Below, in pieces: positions 17,530-25,678 of a stretch of 42,634 nt of DNA. The stretch is from a virus (taxonomy: Duplodnaviria; Caudoviricetes). A program made the position numbers and the translations under genes. The stretch spans positions 1 to 42,634 of IMG/VR virus record IMGVR_UViG_3300033489_000157; one strand, 5' to 3'. The notes beneath the pieces are model-generated. The model worked only from the letters and a program-made list of their open reading frames with translations, had not been told where the DNA came from and did no database searches. Numbering within the stretch: the stretch's first letter is position 1; every line of letters begins with the position of its first letter.

Positions 17530-17943
17530 ATGAGCGAGAACCAACGGCCAAAGAACTTTCCAAAGATCATCTGCCTCTGCGGATCAACGCGGTTCACGGA
17601 AGAAATGCTCATCAAACAATGGGAATTTACGAAGCGAGGATCGATCGTTCTTTCCTGGTGTGCTCTTCCGGATGCTTATTTCGATAATTTTCCCGAAGAG
17701 GATAATGCCCACGTCGGCGATAGAGAGTGCGTGAAAGAACTCGTTGATGAAATCCACAAGCGGAAGATCGACCTGGCTGATGAGGTCTTCATTCTCAACG
17801 TCGGGGGCTATGTCGGCTCTTCCACGCGAAGCGAGATCAAATATGCTATCGAGCATGAAAAGCCCATACGCTGGTTAGAGCCGGATTCTGCCGATGCGAT
17901 CCTTCGATCTCTCGAATCCCTGCCGGAGCGGAGGAAGGAGTAA
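17530..17943 (+). CDS. Nucleoside 2-deoxyribosyltransferase-fold protein
   Basis: IICLCGSTRF...HKRKIDLADEVFILNVGGYVGSSTRSEIKYA; GGAGG RBS. Confidence 0.75.
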   Translation: MSENQRPKNFPKIICLCGSTRFTEEMLIKQWEFTKRGSIVLSWCALPDAYFDNFPEEDNAHVGDRECVKELVDEIHKRKIDLADEVFILNVGGYVGSSTRSEIKYAIEHEKPIRWLEPDSADAILRSLESLPERRKE

Positions 17944-17946
17944 AAA

Positions 17947-18123
17947 ATGGATATTGAACGAACGGACGGAGCCAGGGAGAGACGAACGTATGTTTCGATG
18001 GAGGAGATGATGAAAGATGCAGAGAAAGAAGCTAAAAATCCAGCAACAAAAAAGCTGACTTTGCATTTTCCACGGTTGAGAATTCCTGGTCGTCATGTTC
18101 GCCGGAGGAAGGAGAAACCATGA
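17947..18123 (+). CDS. Hypothetical protein (58 aa, not in the ORF track)
   Basis: AAGGAG RBS; MDIERTDGARERRTYVSMEEMMKDAEK...; ATGA overlap with the next gene. Confidence 0.55.
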   Translation: MDIERTDGARERRTYVSMEEMMKDAEKEAKNPATKKLTLHFPRLRIPGRHVRRRKEKP

Positions 18124-18335
18124 AGGTTTACATCGCATTTTCCATCGGGTGCATTCTCGGTTTTTTCATGTGTGCCATCCTCTCCAGCACGAAGACCGCG
18201 AAATTCGAAGCCCGGCTCCCATCCTCGGAGAACATCATGCGTCTTGCCATCAAGGTCATCGGCTATCTTGGCCTATGGGATGACCACGAGTTTGACGAGC
18301 TAAGAAAGGAAATCGATAAGCATGAGGAGGAATGA
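18120..18335 (+). CDS. Small membrane-anchored hypothetical protein
   Basis: AAGGAG RBS; hydrophobic N-terminus. Confidence 0.6.
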   Translation: MKVYIAFSIGCILGFFMCAILSSTKTAKFEARLPSSENIMRLAIKVIGYLGLWDDHEFDELRKEIDKHEEE

Positions 18336-18688
18336 GCTTGAACACCTTCATCCGTGACCAGGTTATGAGGATCATGTCCGGCCATCGCGGACGATCCAAT
18401 GCGCTATCCCGCCGCGACCTCCTGGCCCACCTTCAGCTTTTCCGGCCCACGTTGAGCGACAGAGAAATGCGCGAGCTGTATAGCGGCCTACCAATTTGCT
18501 CATGTGCGGAAGGGCTGTTTCTTCCCGACCATCAAAACATTCCGAAGGGTGTTCAGGAAGTGCTTGAATTCAAAACCTATCTTACAAAGCAAAGCGGTCC
18601 CATTGTGGCTTATCGGCGGTGCGCGACGATATATGCCTATTATCCAAAGTTGGTTCCGCCGGCCTGCCAAATGGATTTACCTCTATGA
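18332..18688 (+). CDS. Hypothetical protein, possible winged-helix regulator
   Basis: HRGRSNALSRRDLL...SDREMRE...PICSCAEGLF. Confidence 0.55.
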   Translation: MSLNTFIRDQVMRIMSGHRGRSNALSRRDLLAHLQLFRPTLSDREMRELYSGLPICSCAEGLFLPDHQNIPKGVQEVLEFKTYLTKQSGPIVAYRRCATIYAYYPKLVPPACQMDLPL

Positions 18689-18771
18689 GTCCGATCATCA
18701 TCTTTGTTTACGTTCTCGCGTTGGTCTGCGGCATCGGCTACGAGATCACGCGAGATAAAAATTCTCAATAG
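18685..18771 (+). CDS. Tiny single-TM peptide (28 aa)
   Basis: MSPIIIFVYVLALVCGIGYEITRDKNSQ; ATGA overlap; stop merges into the next RBS. Confidence 0.4.
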   Translation: MSPIIIFVYVLALVCGIGYEITRDKNSQ

Positions 18772-18781
18772 GAGGTCTGCC

Positions 18782-19198
18782 ATGAGCAGAAAAACCATCT
18801 TGACGGTTATCGCCGTTCTCGGCGCGATCCTCGGCGTCATCGGGTCGACGCTCGGGCTCACTCTCAACGGCGCAGCTGCCGCTTCCGGACTCGGGGCGGT
18901 TTTGCTTTATGTCCTTTTCGAGGCCAAGCTCGACTTGAAGAAATTCGGCGCTCAGGCCGGAAAATTTAAAGACCCGAAATTCTGGCTGGCCGTTGTATCG
19001 GCGGTGATCGCCGCGCTCGCTCAGGCCGGGGTGACACTCCCGATTTCCCCGGAACTGATTGTTGCAATCCTTACTGCCATCATGACTGCCTTGTTTGGGG
19101 CCAAATTCAAAGACAATGCCGACGAAATAAAAGAGGCATTGGCCCGCGACATCGCCAAGGAAGCGTTTCGGAAAGTTCATCCGGCCAAATCTGATTAA
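18782..19198 (+). CDS. Four-TM membrane protein, holin candidate
   Basis: AGGAGG RBS; two similar TM hairpins; KFKDPKFWLAVV resembles holin KxKSRKFW motifs; charged C-terminal tail. Confidence 0.55.
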   Translation: MSRKTILTVIAVLGAILGVIGSTLGLTLNGAAAASGLGAVLLYVLFEAKLDLKKFGAQAGKFKDPKFWLAVVSAVIAALAQAGVTLPISPELIVAILTAIMTALFGAKFKDNADEIKEALARDIAKEAFRKVHPAKSD

Positions 19199-19266
19199 CG
19201 CGCCCCGGGGGGCCGGGTCTTACCTCCTTTCGCCCGACCCCTTTCCGGGGCTGAACGGAGCACACA

Positions 19267-19545
19267 ATGTCAATCGTTCTATTTTTGCACGACGGACTCA
19301 AGTTGGAAATCCAGGGCGAAGAGCCGATGGCCAGCAGGATTCTCAGGGCTCGACGTCCTATCGTCGTCAAGTCCAGGAAGGGCGGTCGGACGGTCCTGAT
19401 CCGGCCCCGCGACGTCATGGCTGCCGAAGTCATCACGGCGGCTGAAGAGGCGATCCTGGCAGCGCAGGCCGCAGCGAAGGCTGAGGCTGAGGCGAAGAAG
19501 AATCCTAACCCGGGCCGGGCGCCGAGGCTGGTTGTGCCGAGGTGA
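19267..19545 (+). CDS. Hypothetical protein
   Basis: GGAG RBS; 92 aa. Confidence 0.6.
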   Translation: MSIVLFLHDGLKLEIQGEEPMASRILRARRPIVVKSRKGGRTVLIRPRDVMAAEVITAAEEAILAAQAAAKAEAEAKKNPNPGRAPRLVVPR

Positions 19546-19549
19546 GCGC

Positions 19550-19885
19550 ATGAAGCACGGCAAGCGAAAGCCTCGGAAGATCGTCCGGCTACTCTGCAAG
19601 GCATGTCCAAGCTATCAGCCGGTAAAAAACAAAAAGCAGAAATTCTACTGCTTGGTTCAAGACAAGTTTTTCAGGCTGACGGATAAACTGCCCCCTTCCC
19701 CGGAATGCCCGCCGATGTTCATTGAGATGACGTATAAGAACCTTCCCAAGATACGGTGCGGGATTTGCGGCAGGCTGTTCCGTCCGGCCACTCCGCACAC
19801 AAGATACTGCGGCTGGAATTGCCGCGACTTATCGTTCGACGACTCATGGATGCCGAAAATACATCAGGAGGACCTACGTGGCTAG
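19550..19885 (+). CDS. Cys-rich hypothetical protein
   Basis: CKAC...C...C and CGIC...YCGWNC. Confidence 0.55.
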   Translation: MKHGKRKPRKIVRLLCKACPSYQPVKNKKQKFYCLVQDKFFRLTDKLPPSPECPPMFIEMTYKNLPKIRCGICGRLFRPATPHTRYCGWNCRDLSFDDSWMPKIHQEDLRG

Positions 19886-20159
19886 AATTAAATTTTTCGT
19901 TATCTCATGCTCATCTGACGTGCCTACCGACGCCCGAAGTCTCTACGTGTGGGGAGAGGGCCAGGCCGCGCCCTGGCTGCCGGATACCATACGAGAGGCC
20001 GGTCGCAGAATCCGGCGGTGCAAAATGAAAACAGGCTGTACGGAATGCGACGCCGAGATTCATGAGGTCGAGATCAACCGGACGAAGGCGACGCTGTTCA
20101 ATCGACTAGAATCATCCGAAAAGAACTGGAAGAGTGCCGAGCCGTATCGGGACAAGTAA
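19878..20159 (+). CDS. Hypothetical protein
   Basis: AGGAGGA RBS with GTG start; last gene before an AT-rich gap. Confidence 0.55.
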   Translation: MARIKFFVISCSSDVPTDARSLYVWGEGQAAPWLPDTIREAGRRIRRCKMKTGCTECDAEIHEVEINRTKATLFNRLESSEKNWKSAEPYRDK

Positions 20160-20241
20160 CGATTTTTCAAAAACTATTTGATATATTTTCATACCTACCA
20201 GTAACTTAAGTCCCCTCAAAAAAACGATTTCCAACAGAAGT

Positions 20242-20269
20242 TTGACATACTTTTTCTGCGCGCTATGTT
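20242..20269 (+). promoter_or_regulatory. Candidate late promoter
   Basis: TTGACA, 16 bp, TATGTT, then 6 nt to GTG 20276; sits in an AT-rich intergenic gap. Confidence 0.55.
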
Positions 20270-20275
20270 CTAAGT

Positions 20276-20728
20276 GTGAAGCCCGAGGACCACGTCCGAT
20301 CCGCTTACCGCCGTGCGCTGGCGGTGGACTATGCCAAGCACTTTATAGGGACGTTCTATAGCTGGGGCGGCAACGACCCGTCCGGCTTCGATTGCTCGGG
20401 TTTCGTCGTTGAGGTCCTCCAAGCCGTAGGCGTCCTTCCTCACGGCAAGGATTATTCGGCTCACGACCTCTACACCATCTTCAAATCCAACGTCGTCTTC
20501 CTGGGCTACCAGGGCTGTCTCGCGTTCTGGTTCAACGCCGAGCACACGGCGACCCACGTCATGCTTCTTCTGGACAACGAGCACGTGATCGGGACGATCG
20601 GCGGGGGGTCTCATACGATCACGGCGGCGGATGCAGTCCGCGATAACGCTTTCCTCGCCGTTCGTCCCCTTAACTATCGTCGGCCCCAGGTTCCGATAAT
20701 CGTCGATCCGTTCAAGGAGGGCGTGTGA
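20276..20728 (+). CDS. NlpC/P60 peptidoglycan endopeptidase (endolysin)
   Basis: YSWGGNDPSGFDCSGFV catalytic Cys motif; THVMLL His. Confidence 0.88.
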   Translation: MKPEDHVRSAYRRALAVDYAKHFIGTFYSWGGNDPSGFDCSGFVVEVLQAVGVLPHGKDYSAHDLYTIFKSNVVFLGYQGCLAFWFNAEHTATHVMLLLDNEHVIGTIGGGSHTITAADAVRDNAFLAVRPLNYRRPQVPIIVDPFKEGV

Positions 20729-20919
20729 TGGACAAGATCATCGAGCTTCTTCTGGCGATCATTCCCTTCCTGAAAAAGAAAACGGACCTCGAAAAAATAA
20801 AAGACGCGACTGAAAAACAGGAGATGAAGAATGCGGAAGAAAAGCAGGCGTTGCTTCGCGCTGTCGCTTCTGGCGACGTTGACGCTATCAACGCTCTTGT
20901 TTTCGGCGACGACGTGTAA
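20725..20919 (+). CDS. i-spanin-like small protein
   Basis: AAGGAGG RBS; hydrophobic N-terminus plus helix; follows the endolysin and is overlapped by a lipoprotein-like ORF. Confidence 0.5.
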   Translation: MMDKIIELLLAIIPFLKKKTDLEKIKDATEKQEMKNAEEKQALLRAVASGDVDAINALVFGDDV

Positions 20920-21094
20920 GACGAAGCCGCCCGTCCTCATCCCGATCGGGGATGCCCGCGTTGTGGCAAAACTCCCGAACGGAAACTTCGAGGTCACTCC
21001 TGCTTTTATCGTAGAGTTCAAGGCTCGCGGGGATGAAATCGCACTCCTCAAACTTGAGATAAAGAAGCTCGAAGCGAAGGGGGATAAGGAATGA
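20831..21094 (+). CDS. o-spanin-like lipoprotein overlapping the previous gene
   Basis: Basic N-terminus, hydrophobic stretch, then FSATTC-KTKPP; out-of-frame overlap as in Rz/Rz1. Confidence 0.5.
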   Translation: MRKKSRRCFALSLLATLTLSTLLFSATTCKTKPPVLIPIGDARVVAKLPNGNFEVTPAFIVEFKARGDEIALLKLEIKKLEAKGDKE

Positions 21095-21561
21095 CCGAGC
21101 CGTTCTTCACGCCCGAAGAAAAAATCCAGCGGTGTCTCGCGCGACACCCCGGCTGGCTGGATTGGCAAGTTGCGAAATCGGCAAACGTTCATGCGGATGC
21201 GGTCAAGAGCGCCCGGGCCGGGCTTCCCGTTAACCCACAAAGTGAGATATCAACTCCAGCGGGGGATAATGGCAATGCGGCCTTGGTCTCGCTCGATAAG
21301 GTCATCGCCCGCTATGACATCAAGGCGGCCATCCTCCGCGAGATCGACAGTCTTCCCAAGGGCAAGCTCATCGTCGAGTCAGAGCTGTGCCAGCGGACGG
21401 CGGGGACGGACAGGAACAGATTTAGGCGGACCTGCGAAAACAACGCCGATGAATTAAAGCCCCTGAGAATCAAGCTCCGCCTCGATGATGGCACGGACGG
21501 TAAGTGGTATTGGGGCCGCGCTTCGGAAATCGCAGAAGCCCAGAAGATAGTGAGTCTATGA
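21091..21561 (+). CDS. Hypothetical protein, possible N-terminal HTH
   Basis: ATGA overlaps on both sides; 156 aa. Confidence 0.6.
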   Translation: MTEPFFTPEEKIQRCLARHPGWLDWQVAKSANVHADAVKSARAGLPVNPQSEISTPAGDNGNAALVSLDKVIARYDIKAAILREIDSLPKGKLIVESELCQRTAGTDRNRFRRTCENNADELKPLRIKLRLDDGTDGKWYWGRASEIAEAQKIVSL

Positions 21562-22622
21562 AAATGAGAAAAATCGTCGATTTATCCGAAGTCAGGGACA
21601 TCCTAAAACCACCTGAGCGAGTTCTTGCTCTTCAAGCGGAGCGCGATCAAATCTCCGCAGCTTATAAGGAATACAAAAAAGAACATGGCCAACTCGATCA
21701 ATTAATGGCCGAGGTTTTGGCCGCTGTTCCCGCTATCAAGTCACAAGCGTTGATGTATAAGCCGTCGAAAATAAGGCGCGTTGATCGGGATGTGACCGTC
21801 GCCCTCCATATTACCGATTCTCATCATGGCGCGATTCAAGCCAAAGATGAAATCGAGGGATTCGGTTGTTATTCCCCCGAATTATCCAGGCTTCGGCAGA
21901 TCGGATTTATCCAAGATGTTATGGATTGGGTGGAACTTCACCGAACCGTCTATTCAATTCCAGAAGCGCGATTCCTTGTTACCGGGGACCTAATCTCCGG
22001 CGATATCCAAGATCTTCGTGTGACCAATGCTTTCCCGGCCCCCCGTCAAGCTGTTGAAGCCGGAGAAATCCTTGCTCATCAAGTGGCGATGGCGGCTCCA
22101 CGCTTTGAAAGGGTCATCCTCGACATTATCACCCTCGACAATCACGGCCGAATGACGAAGAAGCCACAATCGAAGGAAGGCGGGGTCAATAACTGGATGT
22201 ATGTCGTCGGCCACATTGCCAAGATTCTCCTCTCCGCGCACAAAAATGTAACCGTCAATATTTGGGCGCAACCGGAGAAGGTGGTCACGGTCAACGGCCG
22301 GAATTATCTCCTCTGTCATGGTCACGAGGTTTCTGGCTGGATGGGCTTTCCCTATTACGGAATCGAACGGAAGGCCGCCCGCGAGGCCATGAAGCGGATG
22401 AACGGACCCGACTTCACGCGCTTCCATCGAATCATCATGGGCCATTGGCATGCGCCATTATCGCACCCTTATTTTTGGATCGGGGGAAGCGTAAGCGGAA
22501 CCGATGCTTACGATCATCAGGCCGGTCGGCAGGCTAACCCCCAGCAGGTGAGCTGGATGATTCATCCTCAATGGGGGGAGTTTGACCGGACGGAATGGCA
22601 ACTTATGAAGTGGGACAAGTGA
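21558..22622 (+). CDS. Calcineurin-like metallophosphoesterase
   Basis: ITDSHHG, GDLISG, DNHGR, LCHGH and GHWH motifs. Confidence 0.85.
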   Translation: MKMRKIVDLSEVRDILKPPERVLALQAERDQISAAYKEYKKEHGQLDQLMAEVLAAVPAIKSQALMYKPSKIRRVDRDVTVALHITDSHHGAIQAKDEIEGFGCYSPELSRLRQIGFIQDVMDWVELHRTVYSIPEARFLVTGDLISGDIQDLRVTNAFPAPRQAVEAGEILAHQVAMAAPRFERVILDIITLDNHGRMTKKPQSKEGGVNNWMYVVGHIAKILLSAHKNVTVNIWAQPEKVVTVNGRNYLLCHGHEVSGWMGFPYYGIERKAAREAMKRMNGPDFTRFHRIIMGHWHAPLSHPYFWIGGSVSGTDAYDHQAGRQANPQQVSWMIHPQWGEFDRTEWQLMKWDK

Positions 22623-22627
22623 AATGC

Positions 22628-23260
22628 TTAGGCAGATACCGTTATCCATTTTTGGCTATTGCAGTTTCCGCATAGCCCCTGGATGTTCGATGGATAATTG
22701 CTCCCCCCGAGTGCGAGCGGAATAATATGATCAACCGTCAATTTCTTTTTTCTTCCGCAAATAATGCATCGATGATTCTGTTTAATCTTAATGCTATTCC
22801 AGTCAAAAGCCGTAAAGTGTCCGCCTGCACCATTTTTCAAAGCTCGGCGCCGAGATTTCATGGCCTGGGTCCATCCGGGATGTTCGCGACGAAATTTTTT
22901 ATTATACAAAAAGCGACGACGCTTAAATTCTTCTTCTGGCAAACGCATAGATTCCCAATGACATTCCTGGGAGCAAAATCTGTTTTTCTTCGTCTGCTGG
23001 TTAGGGTGAAACTTTTTATGGCAGACTTCACAAACGCAATCAACTATTGCCGTAGTTTTTCTATAACATTTTATCGAACAATACTTATCTCCCTTTTGGG
23101 ATATAGGATGTCTCCATGTTTTGCCACAGGTGAGACAAGTACACATTTTGGTTCGAGCTTCTTGCTCACATTTATGCGAACAATATTTTCCCTTGCCGAC
23201 AGCACGCCTGGACGGAAAGGTTTGGAAGGGCTTACCACAATGGATACATTTGATTATCAT
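22628..23260 (-). CDS. HNH endonuclease with N-terminal Zn-finger repeats, inserted antisense
   Basis: Three CxxC...Y/FCSxxC units; CIICG...LTVDHIIPLALGGSNYPSNIQGLCGNCNSQK; AT-rich. Confidence 0.9.
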   Translation of the reverse strand: MIIKCIHCGKPFQTFPSRRAVGKGKYCSHKCEQEARTKMCTCLTCGKTWRHPISQKGDKYCSIKCYRKTTAIVDCVCEVCHKKFHPNQQTKKNRFCSQECHWESMRLPEEEFKRRRFLYNKKFRREHPGWTQAMKSRRRALKNGAGGHFTAFDWNSIKIKQNHRCIICGRKKKLTVDHIIPLALGGSNYPSNIQGLCGNCNSQKWITVSA

Positions 23261-23266
23261 GGCCCA

Positions 23267-23295
23267 AGTATACTCAATAACCATTGGCATGTCAA
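23267..23295 (-). promoter_or_regulatory. Near-consensus promoter of the antisense HNH gene (leaderless)
   Basis: TTGACA (23295-23290), 17 bp, TATACT (23272-23267), 6 nt, ATG (23260). Confidence 0.8.
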
Positions 23296-23325
23296 GAGAT
23301 TTTATCATCCCGAGGAGAGAAAGCC

Positions 23326-23640
23326 ATGATGCTCTTATCCATGCTCACCCAGGCGGCGGTCGAGGCCGTGCGGAGCGATCCTGTAACCTGGCCCGTTGTA
23401 GGTCTGGCCACTGTTGCCGCAGTCGGATCATGGTTATCAATCATCTATGCGAATCGAAAATTAAAGTCGATCGGGAACGGAACATCGAATTCAACCCCGG
23501 TGGAAAAGCCCGGGATGGGTGAAACCTGCCGGGAACACGAAAAAGCGATCTCGATTCTTGTTGAATCCAAGAAGAGCACTGACGCTTGGCTTGCGCGGAT
23601 CGATGGCAAGGTCGATGCGCTTCTGCTGAGGAAGGGATAG
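23326..23640 (+). CDS. Single-TM protein with C-terminal coiled coil (holin/XhlA-like candidate)
   Basis: GAGGAG RBS; WPVVGLATVAAVGSWLSIIYA TM; LARIDGKVDALL. Confidence 0.55.
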   Translation: MMLLSMLTQAAVEAVRSDPVTWPVVGLATVAAVGSWLSIIYANRKLKSIGNGTSNSTPVEKPGMGETCREHEKAISILVESKKSTDAWLARIDGKVDALLLRKG

Positions 23641-23642
23641 GG

Positions 23643-24209
23643 ATGAAGAAGCTTACGCCTCGCCAGCGCCTGTTCGTCCATGAATATCTTGCGGACCTCA
23701 ATGCAACGCAGGCGGCTTCTCGGGCGGGGTATAGCCGAAAGACAGCTCCAGAACAGGGAGCGCGGTTGTTAAAAAATGTTAAGGTTGCGGCTGTTATTTC
23801 GAGGGCTCAGAAAAAGCGGGCCAAACGGTTGGAGATTACGGCCGACATGTGGCTGCGCGAACTCTGGATCATCGGGCATTCCGATATCAAGGACTATCTG
23901 ACTATCGACGAAGGCGGCTCTATCATCGCCAAGACATTTGAGGAGATGCCCGAGGAGGCCAGCCGGGCGCTGGAAGCGATTGAGGAGAACAGGACGATCA
24001 AGGAGTCCTCGAGCGGCGACGAATCCAATATCATCAACAGTAAGATCAAGTTCAAGATGCACTGCAAAATTCCCGCTCTTGATCTTATCGGAAAACATCT
24101 CGGGTTTTTCAAGGACCCCAAGCTCGGAATCTATGGTGAATTAAATCTCAATGCCAAGCTCTCTCTGTCCGACTTCAAGAAATCCATGAAGGGGGTCTCC
24201 GGTGATTGA
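23643..24209 (+). CDS. terS: Terminase small subunit
   Basis: LTPRQRLFVHEYLADLNATQAASRAGYSRKTA...GARLLKNVKV; ALDLIGKHLG. Confidence 0.95.
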   Translation: MKKLTPRQRLFVHEYLADLNATQAASRAGYSRKTAPEQGARLLKNVKVAAVISRAQKKRAKRLEITADMWLRELWIIGHSDIKDYLTIDEGGSIIAKTFEEMPEEASRALEAIEENRTIKESSSGDESNIINSKIKFKMHCKIPALDLIGKHLGFFKDPKLGIYGELNLNAKLSLSDFKKSMKGVSGD

Positions 24210-25671
24210 CGTTGAGACCCGCGCCGTCATGACTGATCTCATGCTCGAATACCGCAGGGACCCATCGTTTTTCTGTGAGCATGCCCTGGGTCATCTTACT
24301 TGGTCTAAGCAGAGAGAGATCCTTCAATCCGTAAGGGATAACGAGAAGACCGCCGTCAGGTCCAGCCACGGGGTATCCAAGACGTTCAGCGCCGCCGAAC
24401 TGGTGGTGTGGTTTCTTAACTGCTTCGACAATTCGAAGGTTATCACCACGGCTCCGACCTTCACCCAAATAAAGATGCTTCTGTGGTCTGAGATAAATGC
24501 GATCTACGCCCGGAGCCGGTTTGTGCTCGAAGGCGAATGCCTTATGACGGAGATAAAGTCGGACGATGCGGACCATTATGCGATAGGCTTCTCGACCGAT
24601 AAGCCGGCCAGGGCCGAAGGATGGCACGCGCCGGCGATTCTTTTTATCTTCGACGAAGGCAAGGGGATTCCTCAATGGCTTTGGGATGCCGTGCGCGGAA
24701 CTATGACTGGCGGATTCTGCCGCTGGCTGGTCATTTCGACGACCGATGGCATCCAGGTGGGCGAGCAATACTGGAAGATTTTCCAGGGCGACAAAAGCGA
24801 CTGGAACAGAATCCATATCTCGGCCTTCGATTCGCCATATGTTACCGGCGAGAAGTTCCGGGGGATTGACATACCCGATCTCGTGCGACCCGACAGGTTC
24901 AAGCGGACGTGGACAGATCCTGCCGCCATATCAATTCAGATCGCAACGCCGAAATACATCGCGGACAGCAAGAAAGACTGGGGCGATGATTCCGTTCTCT
25001 ATCAGACGAAAGTCCTGGGCGAGATCGTGGATGCCGGGGCCGATTCGATCATCAAACTCAGCCAGGTCAATCAGATGTTCGCTAACTGGGATAACCCGGC
25101 ATTCAATGGCGATGGGGCCGAGGAAGGCGGGATAGACGTGGCTCGCGGTGGAACGGATGATACGACATTCACATATCGAAAGGGTTTGAAGATCGTCAAA
25201 AGGAAGATCATCGCATCAAGTCAACTCCCGGATAAGGAGAAGCTCGTTTTCTTGGCGGACGAGGCCGAGACCTTTTTTGAATACAACAAAAAGATGCGGA
25301 TAAAGATCGATGACACCGGCGTCGGCGGCGGTCTCACGGACATCATGCAATCACGTAAATACAATATCGTCCCCGTAAATTTTGGTGAGACAGCCAGTGA
25401 GCCGGACAAGTATCCAAATATCGCATCGGAGATGTGGTTCGAAGTTGGGAAGATCATCCATGAGATCGCATGTCCTAAGAACGATCGGCTTATGACGGAA
25501 CTCGTGAATCGAAAGAGCAAGGGATTGGATAAAAAGGGCCGCCGGGTCGTCGAAAGTAAGGACGATTACAAGGCACGAGGGTTTCGATCGCCGGACGATG
25601 CGGATTCGTTTCTGTTGGCTTTCTATAATCCGCGCATTCTTCTTCCCGGCATAGCGAGGCTCAACTGGTGA
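24202..25671 (+). CDS. terL: Terminase large subunit
   Basis: Q motif WSKQ; Walker A variant SSHGVSKT; Walker B FIFDE; nuclease GIDVARGGTD and SPDDADS. Confidence 0.93.
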   Translation: MIDVETRAVMTDLMLEYRRDPSFFCEHALGHLTWSKQREILQSVRDNEKTAVRSSHGVSKTFSAAELVVWFLNCFDNSKVITTAPTFTQIKMLLWSEINAIYARSRFVLEGECLMTEIKSDDADHYAIGFSTDKPARAEGWHAPAILFIFDEGKGIPQWLWDAVRGTMTGGFCRWLVISTTDGIQVGEQYWKIFQGDKSDWNRIHISAFDSPYVTGEKFRGIDIPDLVRPDRFKRTWTDPAAISIQIATPKYIADSKKDWGDDSVLYQTKVLGEIVDAGADSIIKLSQVNQMFANWDNPAFNGDGAEEGGIDVARGGTDDTTFTYRKGLKIVKRKIIASSQLPDKEKLVFLADEAETFFEYNKKMRIKIDDTGVGGGLTDIMQSRKYNIVPVNFGETASEPDKYPNIASEMWFEVGKIIHEIACPKNDRLMTELVNRKSKGLDKKGRRVVESKDDYKARGFRSPDDADSFLLAFYNPRILLPGIARLNW

Positions 25672-25678
25672 GGATCGA

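Noticed and set aside
22727-23329. 200-aa plus-strand ORF continuing the late operon
   Set aside because: Antisense shadow of the HNH gene, which has clear motifs and its own promoter.
24350-24385. Inactive terminase due to Walker A SSHGVSKT
   Set aside because: Lys-Thr, Walker B and nuclease acidic residues are intact; deviant Walker A motifs are common in terminases.
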